Source: Glaucostegus cemiculus (Eukaryota). From it: DNA of 64,000 nt. The notes beneath the pieces are model-generated. The model was given only the letters and a program-made list of their open reading frames with translations. It had not been told where the DNA came from and made no database searches. Each line of letters begins with the position of its first letter. Positions within the stretch are counted from its first letter, which is position 1. The position numbers and the translations under genes were made by a program. Positions 23,340 to 36,480 of this stretch are shown piece by piece. The stretch covers positions 29,822,001-29,886,000 of the forward strand of contig CDPCPM010000037.1 in assembly GCA_976551045.1 (NCBI GenBank). The letters are read 5' to 3'.

Positions 23340-24250
23340 GAATACGGACAAATTGAATGAGTGGGTAGGAACACAGCAGAGAGAATAGAATTTGGAAAAA
23401 TACAAGGTCATTCACTTTGGTGGACGTAACAGAAACAGTGGGAGATTGGATAGTGTTGATGTGCAAAGGGACTCGAGTGCGCTTGAACACAAGTCAGTGA
23501 AGGCAACAAAGGGTTACAAAAGTATGTTGGCCTTTATTATGAGAACATTAGAAAGCAGGAATAATAACAATGCATTTGTACAGAGGCTAGGTGAAACTGT
23601 ACAAGGACTACAGAGCTTTGGTCTCCTTTCATTAGAACGGATGTAATGCACCATAGAGGGAGCGCAGTGAAGATTTACTGGACTGTGTCTAAGGATTGCC
23701 ATACAAGGAGAGACCGAGTAACCTGGGACTGCCTTTTCTAAAGTTTATACCAAGGAGATCTCATTGAATTCACAAAATTCCTGAAGGATTTGACAGGCTA
23801 AATGCAGAGAAGATGGTTTTTCTTGGCTGAAGAGTTCAGAACCAGGTTTACAGTAGGGTAACAAACAATCTGCTGGAAGAACTCAGCGGGTCAAGCAGCA
23901 TCTGTGGGAGGAAAGGAATGGTACGGTTGACATTTTGGATCGAAATCCAGCATTAGGGCAAGATCCTTTCCTCCCACAGATGCTGCTCAACCCACTGAGA
24001 TCGTCGAGCAGATTGCTTGTTGCCCCAGGTCCCAGAACCTGCAGTCTCTTGCGGCTCCAGTTTACAGAAGGGCAGGCTGCTTAGGATTAAGAGGAGACAT
24101 TTCTTCACTCGGAGGACGGTGAACCTTTCGAATTCTCTCCTCCCGAGGTGGCTGTGTTCATTCAAAGCAGAGTCTGATAGATTCTGCACTGAAGGAGTAG
24201 AGGGATATGGGGATAGTGCAGGAAAATGGCTCTGACATGGAAGATCAGCT
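23340..24250 (+). mobile_element. Old CR1 fragment interrupted by a Penelope-derived foldback (23856-24060)
   Basis: KYKVIHFGGRN and RRHFFTRRTVNLSNSL remnants on either side of the foldback. Confidence 0.7.
23856..24060. repeat. Penelope terminal-repeat foldback (inverted arms about 23856-23918 and 23962-24026)
   Basis: gggtaacaaacaatctgctggaagaactcagcgggtcaagcagcatctgtgggaggaaagga is inverted relative to tcctttcctcccacagatgctgctcaacccactgag...gcagattgcttgttgcccc. Confidence 0.8.
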
Positions 24251-25124
24251 ATGTCCAGGTTGGTAAGTCAATTGCCTCTATTAATAGGCCCTTGTGTGTA
24301 GATTAGCGATGGAATCTGGGGAGAGTTGATGGGAATGTGCGGAGAATAAAAATGGGATTGGATTGGTGTAAACGAGTGCTTGATGGTAATGGTGGACTCA
24401 GTAAAGGGCCTGTTTTTGCGCTGTTTCTTAATGAATGGCAGAGCAAAGTCAAGGAACAAAAGTAGGCCGTCTGGTCCCGTTTCTTATTCAGTAGCTCTTA
24501 AAACCCAAGCTCAGATTGCTCAGTCAACCCTTCTTAATAATGTACATTAGACAGCACTTTCTATCCATTATTAACAGCGTCACAATGCATTTTTCTGGTC
24601 ACTAGGGAGTGCAGATCACCAGTGAAGCAGCTCAACCGAGAGCTGAATACAAACACTGAGGGCAGTATAATACTTGCATCCTGATACTGGAATACAGAGA
24701 TAAGGGGAAATTTCAAAGGTCTGAAAACAAACATAAACTCTGAGAACAAGAACATGAAGATCATGTGGGACATTGAATAATTCAGTGAGATTGTGGATCA
24801 AATCAATGGATTCAATACTTCCCATAACTTATGACTTTTTACAAAAGCCTCCACTATCTTATCATCTTCTTCCTTTATTACAGTATCCAAGGGGCATCTC
24901 AACATTACGTTCTTTGAATCAACATCAAATTAGAAGCACGAGATGTGGATTTCTGCAGGACACTAGATTTGGGAGGTGGGGGTGAGGTGTCAGGACTGTG
25001 GGAAGAAGTGAAGAGGGGAGAGTGCAGGAGTGAGAGAAGGTAGTACCGGCTAGAAAAACAGGCATAGAGGTAAGCATTCCTCCTCCAGGTTCTATCTGGT
25101 AATCAGGAGCAGGAGATGCCCATT

Positions 25125-25745
25125 GAAATCAAGTTTATTGCCACAGGCGTACGTACACAGGGTATAAATGCCATGAAAATTAGCCTTTTGCTGCAGTAGC
25201 AGCACAGTACATTACAACATAACAAACTTAAATTAGTACAAATTATACACAACAAAATAAACGTTACAACACTAGCACGAGAGAGAGCGCGCAAAGGAAT
25301 ATAGTCCGGGGTAGTGTTAGGATCTTTCAGGTGGGTTCAAGAACCTGAGGGCAGTGGGGAAGAAGCTGTTGTTGAACCTTGAGGTGTAGGGTCTTCAGGC
25401 TCCTGTTACCTCCTGCCCGATGGCAGCATCGAGACCACTGCAAAGCTTTTCAGAGTCAGAGTTATAGAGGACAGAAACAGGTCTACGATCCACCGTTACA
25501 TTACCTACACTTGTCCCGTTACCCGCATTAGGTCTGTAGCCTTCCATGCCTTTGCAATTCAAGTGCTTGTCCGGGTGTTTCTTAAATGTTGCCTGAGGAC
25601 CCGCCTCCACCATTTCGCCAGGCAACACTTTAGTTTCCAACTGTCTTTTGGGTGAAAAATTTCTTCATCAGATCCACTCTAAACCTACCTTTCATCTACC
25701 CTCTTGCTTTAGGCTCCCCCACCATGGGAGAAAAATCCTTACTAT
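25125..25745 (-). mobile_element. Adjacent Rex/Babar (25125-25435) and CR1 (25455-25745) 3' fragments
   Basis: Characteristic 3' ends of each family. Confidence 0.65.
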
Positions 25746-25984
25746 CTGCAATGGAGTCAGCATAGAGACAAAGACAGATTTTGCCAACATTAATAATGAT
25801 GGAATGGCCCAAACTTGCAGTGTAATTGATGGAGTAACTCTCCCTCTCCATTGTTGTAGGTTAAGAATGTGCTGGTCTGCAGCATATAGAGGCACATACT
25901 TCCAACAGCTCTAGTGAATGCAAGCAGGCTGGAAGTGTGCACAAATCCATCAAATGGGAGTATGTGATTAAATGATCCCACCCA

Positions 25985-26340
25985 TCTGGGTCGTTCTCTC
26001 TTCTCCCCTCTCCTATCAGGCAGAAGATACAGGATCCTGAGGGCATGTACCACCAGGCTCAAGGGCAGCTTCTATCCCACTGTAATAAGACTTTGAACAG
26101 TTCCCTTATATCATGAGATGGGCTCAACCTCACAATCTACCTTGTTACGACCTTGTACCTTGTTGTCTACCTGCAATGCACCTCCCTGTGACACTTTACT
26201 TTGTATTCTGTTATTGTTTTCACCCTGTACTACCTCAATGCACTGTATAATGAATTGATCTGTACGAACAGTATGCAAGACAAGCTTTTCACTGTACCTG
26301 GGTACAAGTGATAATAATAAACCAATACTAAATGTACCAA
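25985..26340 (+). mobile_element. Rex/Babar-type LINE 3' fragment
   Basis: ctatcaggcagaagatacagg (SGRRYR) followed by the family 3' UTR. Confidence 0.8.
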
Positions 26341-27363
26341 TTTGGGTTTCACAAGCAGCATTAGCCTCAAATGCCGAAGCATGTACTGGACTGACTGGTT
26401 TACCAGGGGAGCCTAAAACTAGAGGACATATGGTGAGAGGGGCAAGATCATAAAATGGGATCTGAGGGGCAAGATTTTTCACCACACAGAGGGCAGTGGG
26501 TACATGGAACAAGCTGCCAGAGGAAGTGGTAGAAGTGGGTCCAATTACAACATTTAGAAGAGACAGACTGTAAGGAACTCGGGGTCAGGCAGCCTCAGGA
26601 GAAAGAAATGGACATTTCTATTTGACTCTTCAGAGAGAAAAAGAAAACCTGGAAGGTTGTGCTTCATTTATACAGGTCGCCCCTGGGTTACCAACACCCA
26701 GCTTTGGATATCCATGTATACAATCAAACTCCCCTAATATTATTATAAGTATGACACATGTCATACATTCATTCCTACAAACAGTAGAACTAGTTTCCTC
26801 TCTCTCCACTTGTAGTTCATTCTTATCAGTCTTGTGCTTTTGATGCCATTCATTACAATCCTGTGGAGATATGGTTGCCATGATCCAGTGATTCGGTGTA
26901 CTTTCCCCACTTACAGACAAAAATTGACATGGACATCTGTAAGAATGGAACCTGTTTGTTACCCAGGGATATCCTGTACAAGGCATTGACGAGACCAAGC
27001 CTCAAGTACATTGTACAGTACTGGCCACCTTACTTAAGGATGATTGCAGCAAACCAACTTTTTGCAATTCATGCCACAACCACTCCCAAGTCCCTCTGCA
27101 CAACAGCATTCTGCAATCTTTCACTATTTAAATAATAATCTGATCTTCTATTTTTCCTTCCAAAGTGGATGACCTCACATTTACCAACATTGTACTCCAT
27201 CTGCCAGACCCTTGCCCACTCACTTTAACTACATCTCTCTGTAGACTCTCCGCATCCTCCACTACATCTATTTCTTAGGTTATTACCTATGCTACTGTAA
27301 TGTTGTTATTTAGTGGCCTCTAGACAACTCCCACCAGTTATTTTTTCCTTTTACTATTCCTAA

Positions 27364-27659
27364 GGGCAGGCATGGTAGCTTAGCAATTATTGTAACACTA
27401 CTACAGCACCAGAGACCCAGGTTCAATTCTGGCCACTGGCTGTAAGGTGTTTGTACGTTCTCTACATGTCTGCGTGGGTTTCCTCCGGGTGCTCTAGTTT
27501 CCTCCCACATTCCAAAGACGTATGGGTTAGGAAGTTGTGGGCGTGCTATGTTGGTGCCAGAAGCGTGGCGACACTTGTGGGCTGCCCCCAGAACACTCTA
27601 AGCAAAAGATGCATTTCACTGTGTGTTTCGATGTACGTGTGACTAATAAAAGACATCTC
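27364..27659 (+). mobile_element. V-SINE type B
   Basis: Full head, V-domain and type-B tail (tgcatttcactgtgtgtttcgatgtacgtgtgactaataaa). Confidence 0.85.
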
Positions 27660-27721
27660 GCCTTGATACAATGGATGCAGCTCAGATTTATCAGATTGAT
27701 ACCCTGAATGGGCAGAGTGTC

Positions 27722-28135
27722 TGATCAGAATCAGAATCAGTTTTATTGTCACAACCATATACATACATGGTACGCATAGGAGCGAGATACCGTCCTCCAC
27801 AGGAACACGTCTCATAGAAAAGAATAACATAACAACCAACAGAGAGACACATACACACTTGGCAGAATACACAGTACAAAACATTACCCATTAGTTCTTA
27901 CATAAATAGATCTTAAAGTGAACAGGCTGGTGTCAGGCATTTAAAGTGCTGGTGCAGTTCTGTGCACCTAGCATCTCCTAGTGTTAACAAAGGAAGATGG
28001 AGGGATGAGAGAGTTTGCAGTTCTGATGGCTTGCGGAAAGAAGCTATTGTTCAGCCTGGACGTTCTTGCCCTGATACATTTAAGCCTCCTCCCTGATGGC
28101 AAAATTGTGAAGAGGTGGTGGGAGGGGTGAGAGGA
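27722..28135 (-). mobile_element. Rex/Babar-type LINE 3' fragment; close relative of 47198-47700
   Basis: SHPSHHLFTILPSGRRLKCIRART..LNNSFFPQAIR; (CTGATT)n tail. Confidence 0.85.
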
Positions 28136-29061
28136 AAAGGTGGAGAGGCTGGGCTTGTATCTACTAGAGTTTAGAAGTGAGGGGACTTGACTGAAACAAA
28201 GTCTCAAGGGGTTTTGCCGGGTTGTTGTCCAAAACCAAGGGTGACTCTATAAATAAAAGGGTCACCCATTTAAAGCAGAGGAGGGGTTGAATTTTTTCCA
28301 CTTGGGAGGGCCGAGAGTTTTTTGATCTCTCTTCCCTAAGGGGATGATGAAAGCGGAGGTTTAAGACAGAAGTGTACAGATACCTCCACAGTTCCAGTGA
28401 TCTCAGTTCAATCCTGACCACAGGAGCAGTCTGTGTAGAGTTTGTATCTGCGCCACAGGACCATAATAGTTGCTGCCAGGTGCTCCCACTTGCCAAAGAC
28501 ATGCTATTATGTTAATGGACTGCAGTACATGACCCATTAGTGCAGGCACGTGGCAAAAGGAATCACAGGGGAGTTGTTGTGAAAGTGGGAGAGAAGCTGT
28601 AGTTCTACAGCAAAACGAGGAATGACCATGGGATTGTTACCCTGGCTGCCATCATGGACCTCATGGGCAGAGTGGTCTCCTTCTGTCCAAGGTCATAGTC
28701 AATGGCTGGCAGGTTCAAGGGGTTATATGCCCTTCTTCTGCACCTGTCTCGTGCTCTTGATAATCAGCAGCTATTCTGCCATTTGATGTGCAGGCAAACA
28801 AAGGCAAGTTAATCAGTTGTGGCTGAGAGGAGAGAGGATTGTAGCACCTGTAGAAATCTGAGCTGCACCTCAAACCTTCACCTGTAAGAGGCAGATGTTC
28901 ACATTAACCCAGTGACCAAGAGATCCAAGCTGGCTTTTTGACTTGGTGATAACAAATCCCTTCACTGCAAGACTACATTGAACCTGTACTTAAAAAGGAA
29001 AAACTAACCAAGCCACAGGGAAAAGAGGAAGGAGTGGGACTAAACGGTGAGCCAAGGTTTA

Positions 29062-29471
29062 GGGCAGGCACAGTAGTGTAGCAATTAGCATGGCGCTATT
29101 ACAGTGCCAGCAACCCAGGTTCAATTCCGGCCACTGTCTGTAAGTAGTTTGTATGTTCTCCCCGTGTGTCTGTGTGGGTTTCCTCCGGGTGCTCCAGTTT
29201 CCTCCCACATTCTAAAGACAAATGGGTTAGGAAGTTGTGGGCGTGCTATGTTGGCGCCAGAAGCATGGCGACACTTGTGGGCTGCCCCCAGAACACTCGA
29301 CGCAAAAAGGTGCATTTCACTGTGTGCTTTGATGTATTGGTTTATCATTATCACTTGTACCGAGGTACAGTGAAAAAAAAACTTGTCATGCATATTGTTC
29401 GTACAGCTCAACTCATTACACAGTGCATTGAGGTAGTAAAGAGTGCACGTGTAACTAATAAAGATATCTTA
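29062..29471 (+). mobile_element. V-SINE type B with an antisense Rex/Babar 3' end (about 29337-29444) inside its tail
   Basis: SINE tail breaks after gatgta (29336) and resumes at cacgtgtaactaataaagatatc. Confidence 0.8.
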
Positions 29472-32400
29472 TAAAGACTTGCATCCAGAGAGCTGGCATG
29501 AACATGACAGGCCAAATGGTCTCCTACTCTGTACAAGTCTATAGTTGGTACACAATATTCCTTCCAGCTAACGTGCAGCTGGAACACAATGACCATAACT
29601 AGTGACATTGTTTGCATACTAACGACCTAGGGGACAGTGCAGACAGGTTCAAAACAGTTTATTCTAAAAGCAGAAGACTAAGCAGAAAACAACCACAGAA
29701 AATCTAATCACAACAGCAAAAGGAGGCACATTTCCCATTTGCAAACTTCACCCACAGAATCAGATTTCAACCACAGATTGGGGAAGGGACAGGACCAGGG
29801 TGAAGGTGAGGAAGAAGGTTATTCTTTAATCAGTGATGCTGTTAACACAGGTGAGACGAAGCAGGTGCAAGGCAAACTCTTGCTTCATCCCAAACATAAC
29901 CTGAAGGGCCCGTGTTGATGGACTACATTGTCCCAGTGCATCGATCACTCCCACCAACTGGTTGTAGATGGTATGAACAACGAGCAGTCATATACTTAAT
30001 ACAAAAGAAAGAGGCACACAGAGTTGCAGTTACATAGCACCATTCAGTACCCTTTCAGAGCAGGCACCTCCCCATCACACTAAAACAGGGCATGAAACCA
30101 AGTCCGAGAAACTTCACCTTTGTACTCCCAATTTTATTTAAAGCAGGAGACTGCTCGATCAAGTAATTTATATCCAATGTTAGTGCAAGTTCTTTGCCGA
30201 GGTCAAGCATTAGAAGCAGTGGTATGTCATGTAGTCCCTGAAGACTACTCCAGTTCCGCATCTCCCTTTAGGACACTCCATAAATCCCAACACTCTGACC
30301 AAACGTTTGGTCATTTGCCCCAAAATCTCTCTCAGGCTCAGAATCAAATACCTTATGGCAAGTCCTCCATCTCAATCTGCTTTCCAATCCAATCACCATT
30401 TCCCTCGATTCCCAAAATCTCACTCTGCCTTGTAAGCAGGCTTCCCTCTGGGAGAGTCGATGGCAAAAACCCGCCTTCTCTCGGAGGGTAGTGAATCTCT
30501 CTGCCACGAGGTTGGAGTAAGCTAGATCATTAGATAAATATTTATCCATTGCCACCTTAAATCCGAACGATCGAGGGTTATGGGGAACTGGCACAGAAGA
30601 GGCGAGGCCAGCATAGATCAGCCATGACTTTATTGAATGGTGAGATAGGATAGAGGGACGGAGTGGCCTATTATCTTGTGTTCAGGAATTTCTTTGAAGT
30701 AAAGGAATTTATCTTCAGCTCTCAATCTCAGAGAACTGACCCCTTACCCTGAACAAGACCTTCCTAGCCCAATATATCTGTCAGAGGAAAGCCACCAAAA
30801 GCCATCAAGGAGAAGTGGAGAGTGGGTCAAACGTGATAGTATTGAATGACGGAACAGGCTCAAAGGGCTGAATGGCCTATTTCTCTATCGGGGCACGTTC
30901 ACTTATTGTTGCTCAGCACTTCCACTGGTTTTGGTCGCAAGCCTGCAGCTGAGAAATTCAGTAGCACCCGATGCCTTTTAAATCCCCCTTCACACACTGC
31001 ACCATCAGCAAACTGGAGGAAAACCACAGGGACGTCTGGGAGAGGGGCCGCAGGGGAGAGACGCTGCGTGGTCTTGTTGTTGGAATGGGACCTGGTGGGG
31101 GGAGGGAAGCAAGTACAGATGATCTGCCTGATCGCATTCCCAGCTGAGGGCTGGGACACTACTAGGGAGGAATCCTGCTGCTCCAGGACAAGTCGAGACC
31201 TCGTGGTTCTGAGACTGACCCAGCTTTGAAAAACTTGCACCGATTTCTCCAGCAGTGCTCTAGGAGGAGGGCTGTAGGTAGGGCAGTAGGTGCGTGCCTG
31301 ACCTGGTACAAGTACGGGTGACAGGTCAGATTTCCAGAGGGTCGGGTCTCAATCCAGAAGGGTGATAATCACACGCTTGAGAGAAAAGAAAGATTCTCTC
31401 AAAATAGGCATATGTTCAAAGTTTTAGACTACATCTTCAGTATCCATTCTCTCAGTCTCCCTCACAATTTAGTGTGACTGTCACTTTACAACCCATGTAT
31501 GGAATTTTGGAACAATCTGTGGAGTCCACATTGTCGTTAACCTGTACCAGGAATCGGGCGCATCTGTGGACGGCCACATATCAAGTGGCAGATATCTCTG
31601 ACTAAAAGCAACGGAGCTCTTCTGTGAATGGTTCCATCGTGGGACTTGTGGAATTTGTAAACTCCTTTCCTCTACAATCTAATGTGGTTTCAGAAGCTTT
31701 TGCTCATCGTCTTGCTTCGGAACTGAACCAAACTTTGAGAACTGTTGGGGTTTGGGGAACTAGCCACACACACACACACACTTTGGTTTATTTTGGTCAC
31801 TGTCTGGTATCTAACATTTTTTTCCCTTTATTATTACAAATAGTCCTTAACAAATAGATTCTAACATTTAAACATGGCTCATTGTGTTTCTATTGTTGCC
31901 GGTACATAACACTGAGGTCTTGCAGGCTGAGCCATCCCTAGTCGCCCTTGAGAAGGTGGTGTTAAGCTGCCTTCGTGAACCGCTGCGGTCCTGGAGGTGT
32001 GGGTATGCCCAGTGCTGTTTGGGAGAGATCTTTCTCAAGACTGCAATCACTCTGTGGTCTTGCACACTTCCCGCCCATCCCCCTTGGAATCTTTTCCAGA
32101 TCTGTAACTTTCAGCTCTCAGTGCTCCTCTACTTCTGGTCTCCTACTCATCCCCAAATTTAACAATGCTCGACCATCACCGCCAGACACCAAGAACCCAA
32201 GCTTCGAAATTCCTTCTTCACGCCATTATTCCTCTTTAAATTAGCACCTTAAAAATCCACCTCTTTGGCTATTTGCCCTACTGACCCCACATGCAGGTTG
32301 GCATCAACTTCGTGTTTGCCAAATACTGTGGGACCTTTGTGCAAGTTAAAGGTGCAACATAAAAAGAAGTTATTATAGTATCATAACATTACTTTCATTA

Positions 32401-32934
32401 GGTCACCAGTTTACCTTGGGATTATCACAAAATCATTTATCTTTAAAAGCTCACTATTGGCTTTATACATGGGATGAACTGATTTTAAACTGATCTTAAA
32501 GCTTATTAGCAACTCTGGTTGGCTCTACTCAAATGCCAGGCAGCTTTAGCAAGGAGGAAACCGTGAGCAGTTCCACAAAAGCAAGCACTGGTGCAGTTTT
32601 CAACCCACCCAAGATCTCCCCACTTCTATAAAACCGAGCCATAGGCTGGGAAATTTGCGCGTGGCTGCTTACTGCTACGACAGATGGAACGGGGAGAAGG
32701 TGCCGTATAATGCTCAAAGTTGATAGCTGGCTGACGTTGCTAAGAGTGAACAATTTGGTCTCGGGTCCTGAGGAAAGGAGAGAACATCTGTGGGCTCAGT
32801 CGGATACAGTTCAGTCTCCCAGTGCATTACCCGGGACAGTTCAAGTGTCTTCTTGCTCCAAAACACATACATCACTGATGCTACGACAACTCTTTGGTTT
32901 GTTTTACATGAGTATGTTTGTTGCTGGGTTATTT

Positions 32935-33225
32935 TAGGCCAGTGGTAACAGTAATGGGTTAGTAGACACCCCAGTGTATGACCTAGAGATGCCAGTTCAA
33001 ATTTCACCAGAGCAGCTGCAGATTGTGGCACATAAACTACCTAATTCACCAATACTCTTTTTGGGAGGAAATCTACCAGGATTACCCAGTCTGACCGGTA
33101 TGCAGACCCACAACACAACTTTTCAATGCCCCCTTGAAATGGTTTTTGAAAGCCAAATCAGTTCAAGAGGAAAATCAGGAGGAATAAATGCCAACCTCAC
33201 CAGTGAAACCCTAACCCCATGAGTG
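32935..33225 (+). mobile_element. Old tRNA-type SINE of a different family; related remnants at about 11300-11770 (-) and 44340-44720 (+)
   Basis: Degenerate A/B boxes (gtggtaacagtaatgg, gttcaaatttcacc) and an aataaatgccaacctcaccagtga-type 3' end. Confidence 0.45.
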
Positions 33226-34474
33226 ATTGGGACCAATACCCATCGTGATCAGCTGTTATCCCCGTTCTCAACCCTGCAGTTGAGCGAGGCTGGTTAAACA
33301 TGGGTGGTACTTAAAGCAACTCCAAAACACAAATACAATCACTATACATGTCCAGTACCATCAGGAAATAGACCAAAGATTCACAAGACTGACTGGGACT
33401 TGGTGAGGAACAGAGAGATGTGAAGGCATTGTACCACAACACCAATGGGCAACAAGACTGAAGACACCACCGTTCCAGTTCCGATAAAATATTAACTGTA
33501 TTTCTCCACGAATGCTGCCCAGACAGCTGAACATTTCCAGCAATCTCTGTTCAATTTCAAGTTTCCAGCATCCACTTTGTTTTTTGGGACATTAGCTTTT
33601 CCTTAGACAGTCCCCTGGTTCAAGGACGACTCGTGTGCATTATAGTTCAGGGGGTTCCAAGGCAGCCACAGTGTCCGGTGCGAGGGAGGGACACGGAGAA
33701 CTCTAGGGGCCAGGACGGGTGGACCGATCAGGTCCCTGCACCTTCCTTCAGCTGCTCATCCTTGGTTCCTTCCAGAGGGTTCAGTGAAGGCCAGCTTCGA
33801 GGGTCTTGGGACAGGAATTCCCATTAGTCAGTCAGGATATCTTTACCATCCCAAGGAGGTGATCTTGAGGACACCCCTGAAGTCTTTCCCCATCCCGGAA
33901 AAAGCTTGCTATAGCTGATCTCAGAGCGTAGTGCTGCTTTCGGAAAGCTGGAGCCCGATAGATGTACGATGTGGCCCACCCGTCAAACCTGTGCAGCTCT
34001 GATCAGAGTCTCAGTGTTGGGGAGAAGACAACAACGTTGCCTCTCCTACTCTGCCCGTGGATTTGGAGGATTTTGTAGAGGCAGTGTTAGCATCTCCAGT
34101 GCTATCAGATGCCGGCAGTGCTCACTGCTCACTGAGCAGCAGTCAGCTTGGTAAAGTCCTGGTCTTTAAAACATCTTCCCCCCTCCCGACGACCAACTAA
34201 AGGCTGATCGAGAAGTAGATTTCATCGCCAGTATCAGCCTTTGCCAAGGAGTCTCCTAAGAAGTGGGACATGTTCCCTGTTGACCAGGTTTTCATGGATC
34301 TTGATTGCTGTGGGTTTCTTTTTTTTTTGCAGGGTTGAGGTTAGGGTGTAATTTGTAGTGTGTTACCTTCCTTCACTGGTGTTGAAGGACTTGGGTCTTT
34401 CGGATATTTAACACGAAGCCCATTCACCTGCACACTTCAGGTGAAGGAATCACTAAGGACTCTCACCGTAAAGG

Positions 34475-34705
34475 ACATGCCCTCCTCTCGTTACTATCAC
34501 TGGAGAGGAGGTACAGGAGCCTGAAGACCCACACTCAACGATTCAGGAACAGCTTCTTCCCCTCCATCAGACTTCTGAACAGTCCATGAACACAACCTCA
34601 TTATTACTTTTTTAGCACTATTTACTTTGTAGTTATAGTAATTATGTTTTTTGCACTACACTGCTGCCTCAAAACAACGAGTCAGTGATAATAAACCGGA
34701 TTCTG
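34475..34705 (+). mobile_element. Rex/Babar LINE 3' fragment; left member of a tail-to-tail pair
   Basis: RRYRSLKTHTQRFRNSFFP coding remnant, 3' UTR and aataaaccggattctga tail. Confidence 0.8.
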
Positions 34706-34718
34706 AGTTTGGAGCTTT

Positions 34719-35295
34719 GAATCAGATTTATTATCACTGATATATGATGTGAAATGTGTTGTTTTACAGCAGCAATACAATGCAAGACAAAATTCTATAA
34801 ATTATAAAAATAATGCACAAAAAATGAGTTCTATAAAATGAATAGATTGAGTGGGTGAGTGGATAAAATTAGTTCTATATATAAAAATGAGTTTTTACGA
34901 TAATAAAAAGAAAGTAGTAAGAAGTTATGGGTTCATGGACTGTTCAGAAATCTGATGGCGGAGGGCAAGAAGCTGTTCCTGAATCGTTGAGTGTGGGTCT
35001 TCAGGCTCCTGTACCTCCTCTCCAATGGTAGTGAGAAGAGGGTATGACCCGGGTGGTGAAGGTCCTTAGAGATGGATGCTGCCTTCTTGAGGCGCTGCCT
35101 CTTGAAAATGTCCTTGATGGCGGGGAGGGTTGTGTCTGTGGTGGAGCTGGCTGAGTCTACAACCCTCTGCAGCCTCTTGTGACCCTGTGCATTGGAGCCT
35201 CCGTACCAGGCGGTGATGCAACCAGTCAGAATGCTCCCCACCGTACATCCGTAGAAATTTGCAAGAGTCTTTGGTGACATACCAAATCTCCTCAA
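34719..35295 (-). mobile_element. Rex/Babar LINE 3' fragment; right member of the tail-to-tail pair
   Basis: ORF 34933-35295 LANFYGCTVGSILTGCITAWYG...RLQRVV...RRYRSLKTHTQRFRNSF. Confidence 0.88.
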
Positions 35296-35959
35296 TCTCC
35301 AAGCTTACACATGTTTTGTCTGCACCATTTAGATAAAGGCCAGAGTTAATTGCGATCTTGGTTCTGAAATGGAGGTGAAGTTTGAACAATTTCCCACTTC
35401 CGGTAGACTTGCACCATCCAGTGGGAACCTTGTTGGAGGCAATATGCAACATTAGCGAGGAAGACTGAGAAGTTTATTCAGACAATCACAGCCTTTTCAA
35501 CCGTTTGTCATGGTGGGGTAGCACTGAGATTGTAGTGAATAGCAGGCTGAGAATAGGGACCAAGGTACTCATGTTAGAGACAAGAGTCTTGGTCGAGGAG
35601 ATCTTCAAAGTGCTCCTTCCAGCAGGTCCTTGGTGAATTCTTTTGTTTTTGGATCAGGTTGGAGTCCACGGGTGTTTAATCCTTAGATGGTCTTGACAGT
35701 GCTGAAGAATCCACTCATTTTGTGGTTATCAACCAAATGAGGTTCTCTCTCCACCCACCATCTGCTTCTCAGTTAAGAAGATTTTTTCTTTAGGTTGGGT
35801 TTTGACCTTCAGATGCCTGCAAGTCAGTTTTCTCTCCCCAGTGCAAAGGCCCAATAACATGGTACATTGGCAATTTATTAGCTCCTAGGTCTCCTGGTCA
35901 CTCTCCGCAGACCAATCCTATTGTTTCTGGTAAAGGGACTAAGAGACGCTTGACTAGAG

Positions 35960-36480
35960 GAGCAAAGGACTGCAGATGCTGGAATCTAAATGAAAAAACA
36001 CGATGATGCTGGAGGAACTCAGCAGGCCAGGCAGCATCCGTGGAGAAAAGCAGGCGGTCAACGTTTCGGGGCAGGATCCTTCTTCAGGACTGAAGGTAGG
36101 AAGGGGGGGCGGGGGGGGAAGACCAATATATAGAAGGGAAAAGCAGAGCAGTGATAGGTGGACAAAAGAGGGGAGGTGGGGTGGGCACAGGGTGGTGATA
36201 GGTAGATGCAGGTAAGAGATAGTGATAAGCAGGTTCAGGGGAGGAGGGGAGAGCAGATCGTCCGGGGGATGGATCAAAGGTAAGGAGAGAGAGGGGAAAA
36301 AAGGATAGGGAAAAAAAAGAGAGGTAAGAAAAGCAGCATGGTTGGGGGGGGTGGGGGGAGGTGTGGGGATTACTTAAAGTGGGAGAATTCAATATTCATG
36401 CCGTTAGGCTGCAAAGAAAGGCAGACAGTCAACATTTTGGGTCAGGACCCTTCTTCAAAACTGAAGATAGGAAGGGGGGT
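35960..36480 (-). mobile_element. Penelope-like element 3' end: ORF C-terminus between two hammerhead-bearing direct repeats
   Basis: Minus strand at about 36418-36371 reads LQPNGMNIEFSHFK*, resembling the end of a Penelope GIY-YIG domain. Repeat units at 36426-36463 and 36055-36092. Confidence 0.75.
36055..36092 (-). ncRNA. Minimal type I hammerhead ribozyme motif; core intact, stems imperfect
   Basis: RNA CAGUC-CUGAAGA-A-GGAUCCUGCCCC-GAAAC-GUU-GACCG has the CUGANGA and GAAA boxes and an NUH triplet; stem I is GUC/GAC. Confidence 0.6.

Noticed and set aside
30846-31857. ORFs of 113-127 aa in non-repeat-looking intronic sequence
   Set aside because: No recognisable domain, no convincing splice-site pair, non-ATG starts; cannot be supported as an exon or nested gene.
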